This document shows positions 32,528-42,470 of a DNA stretch of 64,000 bases, one piece after another. The stretch lies in NCBI RefSeq assembly GCF_057098645.1, contig NZ_CM169472.1; one strand, 5' to 3'. The notes below the pieces were generated by a model, which was not told where the DNA came from, ran no database searches, and worked only from the letters and a program-made list of their open reading frames with translations. The translations under genes were made by a program, and so were the position numbers. Position 1 is the first letter of the stretch. Every line of letters starts with the position of its first letter.

Positions 32528-33552
32528 TGGGAAAGAGTAAGAAGAACCGCACTGCGGCGACGAAACAGATCCAGCTTAAAAGTCAAACTACAGCCGAAGC
32601 ATTCAGCTTCGGCGATCCCGTTCCTGTTCTGGACCGCCGAGAACTGCTGGATTATGTGGAATGCGTACAGATGGACCGCTGGTATGAGCCGCCCGTCAGC
32701 TTTGACGGACTGGCGCGCACCTTCCGCGCTGCCGTGCATCATAGTTCCCCGATTGCAGTAAAGTGCAACATTCTGACCAGCACCTACATCCCTCACCCGC
32801 TGCTCAGCCAGCAGGCTTTTTCGCGTTTTGTGCAGGACTATCTGGTATTTGGTAACGCCTACCTGGAGAAACGCACGAACCGCTTCGGTGAAGTTATCGC
32901 CCTTGAACCTGCCCTGGCAAAATATACCCGACGCGGGTTAGACCTGGATACCTACTGGTTTGTGCAATACGGTATGACCACGCAGCCATATCAGTTCACG
33001 AAAGGCAGCATCTTTCATCTGATGGAACCGGACATCAACCAGGAGATCTACGGCCTGCCCGGTTATCTTTCTGCCATTCCGTCAGCCCTGCTCAACGAGT
33101 CCGCCACGCTGTTCCGCCGAAAGTATTACATTAACGGCAGTCATGCTGGCTTCATCATGTACATGACCGATGCTGCGCAGAACCAGGAGGATGTGAACAA
33201 CCTCCGCAACGCAATGAAAAGCGCCAAAGGTCCAGGCAACTTCCGCAACCTGTTTATGTACTCACCTAACGGCAAAAAGGATGGTCTTCAGATTATCCCG
33301 TTGTCAGAAGTCGCGGCGAAGGATGAATTTCTGAATATCAAAAATGTCAGCCGCGACGACATGATGGCTGCGCACCGTGTACCACCACAAATGATGGGGA
33401 TAATGCCTAATAATGTTGGGGGATTTGGGGATGTGGAGAAAGCCTGCAAAGTATTTGTTAGAAATGAGTTAACAGTATTACAAAAAAAAATACTGGAACT
33501 GAACACTTGGTTAGATGATGATGTAATTAATTTTAATGAGTATATGCTTTGA
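32524..33552 (+). CDS. Portal protein gpQ-like
   Basis: 342-aa ORF following P, as in the P2 P-Q operon. Confidence 0.85.
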   Translation: MMGKSKKNRTAATKQIQLKSQTTAEAFSFGDPVPVLDRRELLDYVECVQMDRWYEPPVSFDGLARTFRAAVHHSSPIAVKCNILTSTYIPHPLLSQQAFSRFVQDYLVFGNAYLEKRTNRFGEVIALEPALAKYTRRGLDLDTYWFVQYGMTTQPYQFTKGSIFHLMEPDINQEIYGLPGYLSAIPSALLNESATLFRRKYYINGSHAGFIMYMTDAAQNQEDVNNLRNAMKSAKGPGNFRNLFMYSPNGKKDGLQIIPLSEVAAKDEFLNIKNVSRDDMMAAHRVPPQMMGIMPNNVGGFGDVEKACKVFVRNELTVLQKKILELNTWLDDDVINFNEYML

Positions 33553-33579
33553 TGAAATAGGGGGCTAACGCCCCTATTT

Positions 33580-34362
33580 TTAATCATTTTCTGGTTTGTT
33601 TGAAGTTTCATTTACAGGCTGGATCACATCCTTATTAAAATGGCGCGTTTGTTCGACTTTACCTTTTCTAGAAAGGCCTGCACCTTCTAAAATTGAATCG
33701 ATTTTATCGCCACCATTAGCTAAGAAATGCTTAAAATTTTCCGATGATAACATTTCCATTATAGGCGATGAATGGGTAGCTTCTTCAACAAATCTTAATG
33801 GCGGCTCCTCCAGTCGAGTAAGTGCATTACCAAATAACCTTTGGGTAAAGTCGCTATCAAGTTGGACAGCTTCTCTTCTATATCCCTCATAAGCTTTGGA
33901 TACTGAGGCCTTGAATTCATAATCCTCTGCCAATCTGAATCGCTGACCAATTTGTTTCGTTGCTAACCAAGCAAACCATAATGGTGCTCCAACACTTAAA
34001 ATGGAGAGTAAAAGTTGAATAGCTAACTTTATACCTGATGCGTCAGGGTTTGACAGATATGCTTCGAGAGCATGTAAACGCGTATAACCAACAGCAGCAC
34101 CTGCAACCAAAGCACCTATTAGTCCACATACCCACCAACGTATGCTCCGGTTTAATTTTTCTGCTTTATCTTGAAATGCCCCAGCCAAACCTTTTGAAGT
34201 AGTAGTTCTAAATGCCTCTTCACATTTATTAATATAACCCTGAGCTTCTTCACGGAGAGATTGTAAATAATCTTTTGCATCCTTGCTTGCATTCTGTTTC
34301 AGCGCCAAAATTTCTTGTCTGGCCTCATCTACGATTTTGGAGTTCTCTTCAGTCTCTTTAAG
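33580..34362 (-). pseudogene. 3' part of an IS1-disrupted cargo gene (two-TM protein of unknown function)
   Basis: Frame continues from the 8-bp IS1 target duplication; encodes two hydrophobic helices (WWVCGLIGALVAGAAVGY, LLLSILSVGAPLWFAWLA) and a C-terminal soluble domain. Confidence 0.6.
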
Positions 34363-34377
34363 GGTAATGACTCCAAC

Positions 34378-34881
34378 TTATTGATAGTGTTTTATGTTCA
34401 GATAATGCCCGATGACTTTGTCATGCAGCTCCACCGATTTTGAGAACGACAGCGACTTCCGTCCCAGCCGTGCCAGGTGCTGCCTCAGATTCAGGTTATG
34501 CCGCTCAATTCGCTGCGTATATCGCTTGCTGATTACGTGCAGCTTTCCCTTCAGGCGGGATTCATACAGCGGCCAGCCATCCGTCATCCATATCACCACG
34601 TCAAAGGGTGACAGCAGGCTCATAAGACGCCCCAGCGTCGCCATAGTGCGTTCACCGAATACGTGCGCAACAACCGTCTTCCGGAGCCTGTCATACGCGT
34701 AAAACAGCCAGCGCTGGCGCGATTTAGCCCCGACGTATCCCCACTGTTCGTCCATTTCCGCGCAGACGATGACGTCACTGCCCGGCTGTATGCGCGAGGT
34801 TACCGACTGCGGCCTGAGTTTTTTAAATGGCGGAAAATCGTGTTGAGGCCAACGCCCATAATGCGGGCGGTTGCCCGGCAT
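34378..34881 (-). CDS. insB: IS1 transposase InsB
   Basis: 167-aa [21 protein letters not shown]... matches IS1 InsB. Confidence 0.9.
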   Translation of the reverse strand: MPGNRPHYGRWPQHDFPPFKKLRPQSVTSRIQPGSDVIVCAEMDEQWGYVGAKSRQRWLFYAYDRLRKTVVAHVFGERTMATLGRLMSLLSPFDVVIWMTDGWPLYESRLKGKLHVISKRYTQRIERHNLNLRQHLARLGRKSLSFSKSVELHDKVIGHYLNIKHYQ

Positions 34882-35075
34882 CCAACGCCATTCATGGCCA
34901 TATCAATGATTTTCTGGTGCGTACCGGGTTGAGAAGCGGTGTAAGTGAACTGCAGTTGCCATGTTTTACGGCAGTGAGAGCAGAGATAGCGCTGATGTCC
35001 GGCGGTGCTTTTGCCGTTACGCACCACCCCGTCAGTAGCTGAACAGGAGGGACAGCTGATAGAAACAGAAGCCAC
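34800..35075 (-). CDS. insA: IS1 InsA
   Basis: 91-aa ORF with zinc-finger [16 protein letters not shown]... matches IS1 InsA. Confidence 0.9.
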   Translation of the reverse strand: MASVSISCPSCSATDGVVRNGKSTAGHQRYLCSHCRKTWQLQFTYTASQPGTHQKIIDMAMNGVGCRATARIMGVGLNTIFRHLKNSGRSR

Positions 35076-35130
35076 TGGAGCACCTCAAAAACACCATCAT
35101 ACACTAAATCAGTAAGTTGGCAGCATCACC

Positions 35131-35747
35131 TCTTTAAGCATGCCATTAATATTTCTGCAATGCTCAACTGCGCTATTGTAAACATTTTTAACTTCATCAT
35201 TTGTTTCACGAAGCATTTTTACTGTTGTCGGTAGATTCTCGGCTGCATCATATGCTTCATTTATAGTTTTAATTTTCTCTTCTATATTACCAGTTTCAGC
35301 TGCAATTGCAGATATACCTGAATTATATAATTCTAATCTGCGTAAAATTTGCTTTGGTAATAAATTTCTATCTTTCAGCCTCTCAAATGAAAAAAGGTCA
35401 TTAATCCTATGAGAGATATATAACATTGAAATAACATAAGATGGTATAGCGGTCTGTTGAACTGATGCGTTACCATTGTTTATATGATTAATATTTTGCT
35501 GAGCATGATCCAGAGTGTAAATGAGCGCATCAATTACTGCAATGTCATCTGAAGATGGTACAAATTCCTGCATCTGATTAATTCTATCAGATAACATTTT
35601 TGGTAGTTCTATCAGATCCTCTTTATGTAAAAAAGGAAATGTGTACGGCCCAAGGTTTATAAAATCTTCCACAGGGAATACAAGACCATTAAGTGTTGTA
35701 TGTAAATTATCTAGTTTCTCTTTTAATTCAGTTAGTTTTTCGTTCAT
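35131..35747 (-). pseudogene. 5' part of the IS1-disrupted cargo gene (N-terminal helical domain)
   Basis: About 205 native codons (MNEKLTELKEKLDNL...NINGMLKE), then the reading frame enters the IS1 inverted repeat. Confidence 0.6.
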
Positions 35748-35841
35748 TAAAAAAATCCTTTATGACGCTATAGAACTTCCAGAGTAATCCGATAAAGATA
35801 TCATAAGACAATATTTTGGTATAAACACTTATTGCGCGCGC

Positions 35842-35860
35842 TCGTATCCCCGCCACGCCT
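35842..35860. other. Candidate phage cos site (186-like cohesive end)
   Basis: Minus-strand GGCGTGGCGGGGATACGAG shares its first 13 nt with the recalled 186 cohesive end and resembles that of P2. Confidence 0.45.
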
Positions 35861-36032
35861 GCCCGCTTTATGTAGTGGTTTTCATGCACCTGCATGATCT
35901 ACGCAAAAGCCCGCCAGAACTGGCGGGCCTTAACACAAAAGATCCTCAAACGATCATGCGATCTCATGCAGCATAGACATGCGCGCTTATGCAGAATGTG
36001 CAAAATCGTAACATACTCAGTAAGCGTGAAAA

Positions 36033-36710
36033 CTAGAACGTGACAGCCTTGTCAAAGCCAGAAATAATTGTATAAGAAATAGACGAGTTATCAGCCTTGT
36101 TCACTTTGAACTTGGCACCTTTGTAAGCGATAACGTCACTTCCCTTAGAATCTACAGAAAAATCTGTTGTAAATGCTGCACGAGCCATATCGTTTGCAAA
36201 TTCACGATAGGTGAACTTCATTACACCGCCTGCATTTCCATTGTATTCGATAGTCTTAACCAATGAGTTACTAACTCGACACAGCCCATCAGGAACACGT
36301 TTGATAGAAATTTCTGATGCAGTATAAGAAGTACCATTTGGCGGTGATATCTCATTTTTTGCAGCATCGTAACTAACATAATCAACATAGTTACCGATTT
36401 GCCCATAGAGATTTTTTAACGCAACAGCTTGAGGGTTATGATAATTGCGGTAAATTCCATTCCCCTCACTGCAATATGTACCAGCAGCGATAGAAGACAA
36501 TGCACCATTAGCCGCACCAAGTTCTAGTACGTCCGTTTTAAATCCAGTAGCAGATGTGATAATGGGATCGCCCATGTAGGCGGTAGCACTTTGCCCAATA
36601 GCAGGCTTCACCACTTCAATAGCAGTGATATTTCGGTTAGAAGCATGTGGCACGCAACCAGTTAGGATTACAGCAAGAGATATTGGTAACGCTACATTAT
36701 TAATTTTCAT
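36033..36710 (-). CDS. Lipoprotein of unknown function (prophage cargo next to cos)
   Basis: Signal peptide with lipobox MKINNVALPISLAVILTGC and a Gly/Ser/Thr-rich mature domain; AT-rich. Confidence 0.7.
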   Translation of the reverse strand: MKINNVALPISLAVILTGCVPHASNRNITAIEVVKPAIGQSATAYMGDPIITSATGFKTDVLELGAANGALSSIAAGTYCSEGNGIYRNYHNPQAVALKNLYGQIGNYVDYVSYDAAKNEISPPNGTSYTASEISIKRVPDGLCRVSNSLVKTIEYNGNAGGVMKFTYREFANDMARAAFTTDFSVDSKGSDVIAYKGAKFKVNKADNSSISYTIISGFDKAVTF

Positions 36711-36823
36711 TTTTAGCCTATTATTCTTTTCTTGACAAAAAACAAGGCGATATCCGATTGACATCGCCTCTCACTCATATGTAACCCTTTTTGATTAGTA
36801 AAAACAAGCGTCTATTGACAAAA

Positions 36824-37057
36824 TCAATGCAGCCAGCTGTCGTCTTCCCACACCTTCTGCATAATTTTCATCACTTGTTTTCTTTCTTCGTCCAGTTGCA
36901 GTCCGGTCAGTTCCACACCGTTAGAGCTACCTTTACGGATACGGATTACCGTTTTGGGATACAGGGGGCGCAGATTGCGGTAAAGCTCGGATTCAAGGGC
37001 GTCCAGGGTAGACTGGCTAATCTTCTGCTCTTTATCGATCATTATTTCAATGCGCAT
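36824..37057 (-). CDS. DinI-family protein
   Basis: MRIEIMIDKEQKISQSTLDALESEL...QKVWEDDSW resembles DinI (MRIEVTIAK...ETWESADDW). Confidence 0.7.
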   Translation of the reverse strand: MRIEIMIDKEQKISQSTLDALESELYRNLRPLYPKTVIRIRKGSSNGVELTGLQLDEERKQVMKIMQKVWEDDSWLH

Positions 37058-37067
37058 AAAAGTCACC

Positions 37068-37256
37068 TCAGCTGATGACATCCATTGAGCGGTTGTATTC
37101 GTGGCTTCTGATTTTTGCCATGAGTTCATCAGTCAATTCAGAAACCCACTGCAGAGCCAGCCCCTTCTCTTCATCACTACACTCACTAGCCGCTACAAGC
37201 TTAAGAAAAAAATCAATGCGCTGGAGCTTCAAAGACTCCAAAAAATAGTCCTGCAT
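37068..37256 (-). CDS. Small SOS-controlled protein, possible Tum-like antirepressor
   Basis: 62-aa ORF directly downstream of a LexA box and upstream of the dinI-like gene, the arrangement of the 186 tum operon. Sequence similarity not confirmed. Confidence 0.35.
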   Translation of the reverse strand: MQDYFLESLKLQRIDFFLKLVAASECSDEEKGLALQWVSELTDELMAKIRSHEYNRSMDVIS

Positions 37257-37299
37257 CTTTCCTCCTATGACACCACAAGAAATACTGTATGTATAACCA

Positions 37300-37315
37300 C
37301 TGTTTATATTTACAG
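37300..37315. promoter_or_regulatory. LexA operator (SOS box)
   Basis: CTGTTTATATTTACAG matches the CTGT-N8-ACAG consensus, about 45 bp upstream of the tum-like ORF. Confidence 0.6.
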
Positions 37316-37410
37316 TATATAATAATCTTACTGATGTAAAACGTTTTTTTTACGCTTATCAGCTTGATATGCCTGGTATTATTAAGAGCACGAATTGTTA
37401 ACCAGCGTAA

Positions 37411-39416
37411 TTAATACAGGTTCCGCCACTTATCATCTTCCTGCAAACGCTGGTTCCGATAGAAGATACGCAGGCCTGCTCCTGACGGAATACTGCCGCC
37501 GCGAAGGAGTAAATCGACCTCTTTCTCGCTGCCATCAAATCCTCTGGATTTCAGTTCATAGACGAGCTGCTGTCGTTGATGGTCTGTAATTCGCTGTTTG
37601 TAGTCTCTACGCCGTTTCGGTTTCACCAGACGTAACCTTGCAGCCAGTTCCCGGCGCTCCTTTTTGTTCATACTGTGCAGGTAATCGTGCAACTCCTTGT
37701 CATCCATGCGGGTAAAGTCCGTTCTGGGGTCCCCATCAGCTGATTTATCTTTCTCCTGTTGGTTCAAATTTTCAGCAAGGGGACAGTTATTGCCACGAGT
37801 CCAAGGGGCGCAAGCGCCCTGGTCGGCTGCCGCCTCCTGAACGTCAACGGCCTTACGAACCATTTTCCACTTCACTGCATGAGTACAAATCTTGCCCTCT
37901 GCAATGGGTGACCAGATGCCATAAATACGAATACCGTGATCGCCATAGGCGGTCGGCTCTTCGTTAATTTCATAAGCTGTTCTGATAAGGTGATATTTGC
38001 GGGGAACCAGTACGCCGCCCTGCTTCATAATGTAGGTGGCAAAACAACCAGCATCAGCAGCAGCCAGAATGGCATCAAGGCGCGGGTTATCCAGTACCGG
38101 CGCACCTGCTTTTTTGTCACCCTGTTGCCTTGCCGCCTGACCAGCCAGCAATCGCAATTCACGGTACGCCTGACGCCCCGGAATACCAAAGAAGCGAAAT
38201 TGCTGAACACGATGCAGAGACGCCCAGGCATTAACGTATTCAGCGTTATCACGCAGGGATTTACCCGTTTCCTTGCTGATTTCGCCAGCCAGACCACGCC
38301 CATCAATGTTCTTACTGATGTATTTCGCGATGTAGCTTGTCGGCGTTCCTTTTCGCGGGTTAATCAGCTCAGACTTAAAGCGCGGCCCCGTGTTATTGCC
38401 CAGCTCCTCACGGTCTTCACGGATAGCAAACTTACGCAACAATGCAGTAATGGCGCGGCGGTCTTTTTTGCGCATGAAACACAACAGGTGCCAGTGAACT
38501 GTGCCGTCATGATGCGGCTCAGCCACCCGCACGCCATACCAGCGCAACCCGGCTTTGTGCATCGCCTTACGAAATGCAGCAAACATACCGACCAGATAAT
38601 CGCTGCTTTGTCTTACCGTCGCATTTGTCCATGTCGGGTTGGGTCTGCCGTTATTGAGCGTGGAATGGAAACGTGACGGACAGGTAATGGTGTAGAAAAC
38701 GGCGCAGTCACCGCGCATTTCCGCGATAAGCTCCAGACCTTTAACACAGGCCATCATCTCATTGCGACGATGCGCCGGGTTGCTGCTGCTGGCGTTTACC
38801 ACATCTTCCATATCCAGCGCGTCTCCGTCTTCGTTCACCAGTTCATGAGAACGGAAAAACTCCAGTGACTTACGGCGCTGCTCACGTTTATGCATCACGG
38901 CTTCATAGCTGACATAGGGAGATGCTTTTTTGCTGACCAGGCAGACAGCACGCAACTGCTCTTCCCGCCATTCGCAACGCATCTTCCACAATTTCCGATA
39001 CCACCAGTCGGCGCACAGCATACGCGCCAGCGAACCCGGAATGAGTTCATAGGGCACGGGTTTACGGCGGTTTCTTTTCCGACGGAGTTGCTCAAACGCA
39101 GGCGGGATGACATCCAGACGCAGGGTTTCCGCTGCCACCTTTTCCCATGTCTTGCGGATTTCTTCTGGCTTAACGTCATCGGTGGCATACAAATCACCAC
39201 AAGCTGCATCAAGGCACATACTCATATGCGCAGCTACCAAGGTGGACAGGCGTTTCACCTGATCCTGACTCATTTCAGGCAGGATCAGCAGGCCGTCCAG
39301 CCCTTCATGGCTTGCCATAAAGCGAAAAGATGCAGATAGCTGACTGTCGCGTACATGCTCCAGTCGTTCCAGACATGGCTTAATCGTCTCACGTAAATAG
39401 CGGGAATAAGCCTTTG
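37411..39416 (-). pseudogene. Replication initiation endonuclease gene A, 3' portion (split by IS21-family insertion)
   Basis: 635-aa ORF with rolling-circle initiator motif ([11 protein letters not shown]); frame stays open upstream of the annotated Met as far as the IS boundary. Confidence 0.8.
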
Positions 39417-39515
39417 TGCGTATTCCGCTCTATTCGATCACGGATTGGCATCGAAGTCCGATCAGCGATTCGCATCCATTCGATCAACCGGGAACTTAAC
39501 TTTTTCTACCGCTTT

Positions 39516-40271
39516 TTAACGCGTTTTTTCGCTGCTTTCCACTACCGGGGGATTTTTCCTCAGTGACTCTCCCTGAAGGACCACTCGGTGTGAGTTATGT
39601 ACCAGTCTGTCCAGGATGGCATCTGCTGTTGTTGGGTTCTCCATCAGACCATGCCATTTATCTACCGGGAACTGGCTTACCACTATCGTGCTGCTTTGTC
39701 CGTAACGATCCTCTATGAGCTCCAGAAGGTCATTACACTGGGCGTTACTTAACTGTTCCAGCCCCAGATCGTCCAGGATTAGAACCTGTATTTTTTGCAA
39801 CTGTTTCAGATATTTCAGCCAGCTGCCATCAACACGTCCCTGAGCCAGTTGTTCCAGTAATCGCCCGGTTCTACAGTACCGGACGCTGTGTTTCTGTCGA
39901 CATGCCTGTTCGCCCAGCGCATTGGCTATCCAGCTCTTGCCACATCCTGTCGGACCGGTTATCAGCAGGTTTTTCCTGTGGGTTATGTAGTGGCCGTTCA
40001 GCAGTTCTCTCATCTGTTCAGCCCGCAGACCTCTTGAGGCCGGATAGCGCAGCCCTTCCGGTGTTGCCTGGTATTTCAGGCCGGCATTTTTTCTCAACCG
40101 TGCCACACGGCTGTTTTCCCTGCTCAGAAGCTCGTCATCAACCAGCAGCGTCAGCCTTTCCTCGAACGACAGTTCGTCGTAGGTCTGAGGCGTTTCCCGC
40201 TGCCGTATCAGGCTCCCGGCCATCGCCGGGAGTTTCAGTTGGGTCAGTTTGTTTAACAGGTTATCACTCAT
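39516..40271 (-). CDS. istB: IS21-family helper ATPase IstB
   Basis: Walker A (GPTGCGKS) and Walker B (LILDDLG) motifs; start chosen at MSDNLLNKL. Confidence 0.8.
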   Translation of the reverse strand: MSDNLLNKLTQLKLPAMAGSLIRQRETPQTYDELSFEERLTLLVDDELLSRENSRVARLRKNAGLKYQATPEGLRYPASRGLRAEQMRELLNGHYITHRKNLLITGPTGCGKSWIANALGEQACRQKHSVRYCRTGRLLEQLAQGRVDGSWLKYLKQLQKIQVLILDDLGLEQLSNAQCNDLLELIEDRYGQSSTIVVSQFPVDKWHGLMENPTTADAILDRLVHNSHRVVLQGESLRKNPPVVESSEKTR

Positions 40272-40287
40272 ACTGTTGTTCCTTCTG

Positions 40288-41823
40288 TCAGTGGTAGTAG
40301 CCCGGACCACGCAGGTTTTCATGCTCTGAAGCATATGCCGGATGTTGTTCGCCCTGGCGGGATAATGGAAGCTCCAGGTTCTCCCGATGGTGACGCAGCA
40401 GATTGTCGATAAAGCGTCTGTCAGGGGCGTTATAGTGCAGGGCAACGTAACAGGCCTTTTCCAGCCGTTCCGGGCCGTATTTTTTCTGAAGTGCCAGCAG
40501 CCCCAGAACTGCACGATAAGCCAGTTCCGGATGGGGTTTTGCCTTCAGCATGGATTCAACCACCCGGCCTGTGGACGGGCCCGTACGTTTTCCCTGCTCG
40601 ATCAGGCGTTCCGGTGTCCATGTCCCGTGCTGCCGGTGGCGCTCTGGCATGTGAAGCGGATTGGTTGTGTGTTTATATTCATGTGTGCTGCGCGGATGTT
40701 GCGCCACACACTGCCCCTTGTGCCAGAGCTGTACCACCGACTGCCCCGCCTTCAGTGACAGACGCTGACCGACCAGTTCGTGTGGAACGGAGTACCAGTG
40801 ACGGGCATATTCAACGTGGTAGTCAGGGCCAACCTTCACAGCTTTGTATTCCGTGTATTCATAAGGTGCCAGAGGCAGCGGAGAGAGTGCTGGCGCATCC
40901 AGTATGCGGAAGCGTTCTGCACGGGTTTGATTGCCGTACCCCTTCATTGGCCGGTTATTCATGTCTGTCAGTAACTCCCTAAGGCGCGCATTCAGCGCCC
41001 TGAGCGTGTGGAAGGTTTCATTACGGATGCGGGCAAGAAGCCATCGTTCAACGATGAGGACGCCGTTTTCTGCTTTTGGTTTATCTTTAGGTTTGCGTGG
41101 TCGGGCCGGGATGATAACCGTGCCATAGTGCTCAGCCAGTGCCTGATAACTGTCGTTGATGACAGGCTCATATCGATCGGCCTTTTTCACTGCGCTTCTG
41201 AGGTTATCGGGGATGAGCAGCTTCGGTACGCCGCCCAGGAAGGTCAGGCAACGGCTGTGGGCATTTAACCATGACATCATGTCCTGACCTTCGCACGCTT
41301 CAACGTAGGTATAGTTGGACGCCCCCATTACGGCCACGAAGATTGCCACGCGGCGTATCTCACCGGTGTCCGGATTAATAACAGGAACCGTAGGACCACA
41401 GAAGTCGATAAAAAGCTTTTCGCCGGCACGATGCTCCTGGCGCATGGAGAGACGTCGCGTTTTTTTCCACTCCCGGTAGCAACGGCAGAAGTGCGAGTAT
41501 CCCATCGCTTTGTTACCCGCCTGTGCCTTGTATTCCATCCACAACAGTTGCCGCGTCACACCTGGTTTTCTCATTTCCGTATCGAAGTACAACATGTCAG
41601 GCATTACAAGCTCTGATGCAAAGGTGTCTTTGGGCGGAAAAATGAGTTTCTCCAGCGTGTCATGGGATATATCAGCAGGTAATGGCCATGACAGAGAAGA
41701 GGCTTTGAAGCGGGCAAGAACCTCAAAAACGGTTGAGGCGCTGATGTGTAACGTCAGTCCGATACAACGGTTAGTCAGCTTCTTGTCGAACTTGAGCTGA
41801 AGGATCTTAAAACAGGTTTCCAT
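40288..41823 (-). CDS. istA: IS21-family transposase IstA
   Basis: About 512-aa product with integrase-type catalytic core; start chosen at METCFKILQL. Confidence 0.8.
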   Translation of the reverse strand: METCFKILQLKFDKKLTNRCIGLTLHISASTVFEVLARFKASSLSWPLPADISHDTLEKLIFPPKDTFASELVMPDMLYFDTEMRKPGVTRQLLWMEYKAQAGNKAMGYSHFCRCYREWKKTRRLSMRQEHRAGEKLFIDFCGPTVPVINPDTGEIRRVAIFVAVMGASNYTYVEACEGQDMMSWLNAHSRCLTFLGGVPKLLIPDNLRSAVKKADRYEPVINDSYQALAEHYGTVIIPARPRKPKDKPKAENGVLIVERWLLARIRNETFHTLRALNARLRELLTDMNNRPMKGYGNQTRAERFRILDAPALSPLPLAPYEYTEYKAVKVGPDYHVEYARHWYSVPHELVGQRLSLKAGQSVVQLWHKGQCVAQHPRSTHEYKHTTNPLHMPERHRQHGTWTPERLIEQGKRTGPSTGRVVESMLKAKPHPELAYRAVLGLLALQKKYGPERLEKACYVALHYNAPDRRFIDNLLRHHRENLELPLSRQGEQHPAYASEHENLRGPGYYH

Positions 41824-42055
41824 AGTGCTCCTGGATTTTCTCTTTCTGGACATTGACGTCTCCACTGGTTTAAACACGGCAATGGAGACTGTGGTGAAAA
41901 GAGTTAATTCCCGGAGTGACTGGCAGGATGCCAATCAATGATCGGAAGCATGCCAAATCGTGATCGATTGTGATGCCAAACTGTGATCGGAGATGGATGC
42001 CAAATCATGATCGATTCGAATGCCAAACTGCGATCGATTCAGATGCCATTTTGCA

Positions 42056-42470
42056 CCTTTGGCCTGCCCAGGCTGCTGAAGTATTCAATACGTTGCATCA
42101 GCGGCTTGCTGATATGGGAAGGCTGGGCGTTGACGTCCGCCAGAATGACCATGTCTGAATTAAAACGCTGCTGCTCATGCGCCAGCTTTGCCCGGCTAAT
42201 GAGCTTATCCTGCTCCATTTCGCGCTGGACAGGATCACGTGATTCATTAAAGAAATAACGCTCCCAGACCTGATCACTCAGTGCCTCGCGGCGCAACTGT
42301 TCCTGCTCGTTATCGGCAGCGTACAGAGTGATCAGGTTTGAAAGCGTAGAAACCGGCGCAACTTCCGCCGGGTCCAGATAAGGGTTAATGGCCTTTTTCG
42401 GGCTGTTCCATGAGAACGCTGCGGCAGCCTCGTTAAAGCCGCAGCAGTTGTTCATATCGGCATGACTCAT
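42056..42470 (-). pseudogene. Replication gene A, 5' portion (upstream of IS insertion)
   Basis: ORF is in frame with 37411-39416 once the IS and one copy of the target duplication are removed; its last 8 codons in the track come from the IS end. Confidence 0.6.

Larger units (their letters stand above)
34363..35130 (-). mobile_element. IS1 (768 bp)
   Basis: Terminal inverted repeats GGTAATGACTCCAACTTA / GGTGATGCTGCCAACTTA, insA and insB ORFs, and 8-bp flanking direct repeat TCTTTAAG. Confidence 0.9.
39417..42055 (-). mobile_element. IS21-family insertion sequence (~2.64 kb, istA-istB)
   Basis: IstA and IstB ORFs; both ends carry multiple repeats of the type tcgatcNNNgatttggcat; termini TG...CA; 6-bp flanking direct repeat CCTTTG. 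Confidence 0.75.

Noticed and set aside
40387-41268. Multiple + strand ORFs (65-163 aa) inside the IS21-family element
   Set aside because: All are antisense to istA/istB, which carry clear transposase and ATPase motifs.
41934-42055. Cluster of short direct repeats (tgccaaaNtgNgatcg, repeated about six times) resembling a tandem array
   Set aside because: Not a CRISPR or VNTR: these are the multiple terminal repeats typical of IS21-family ends, mirrored at the other IS end (39417-39480).
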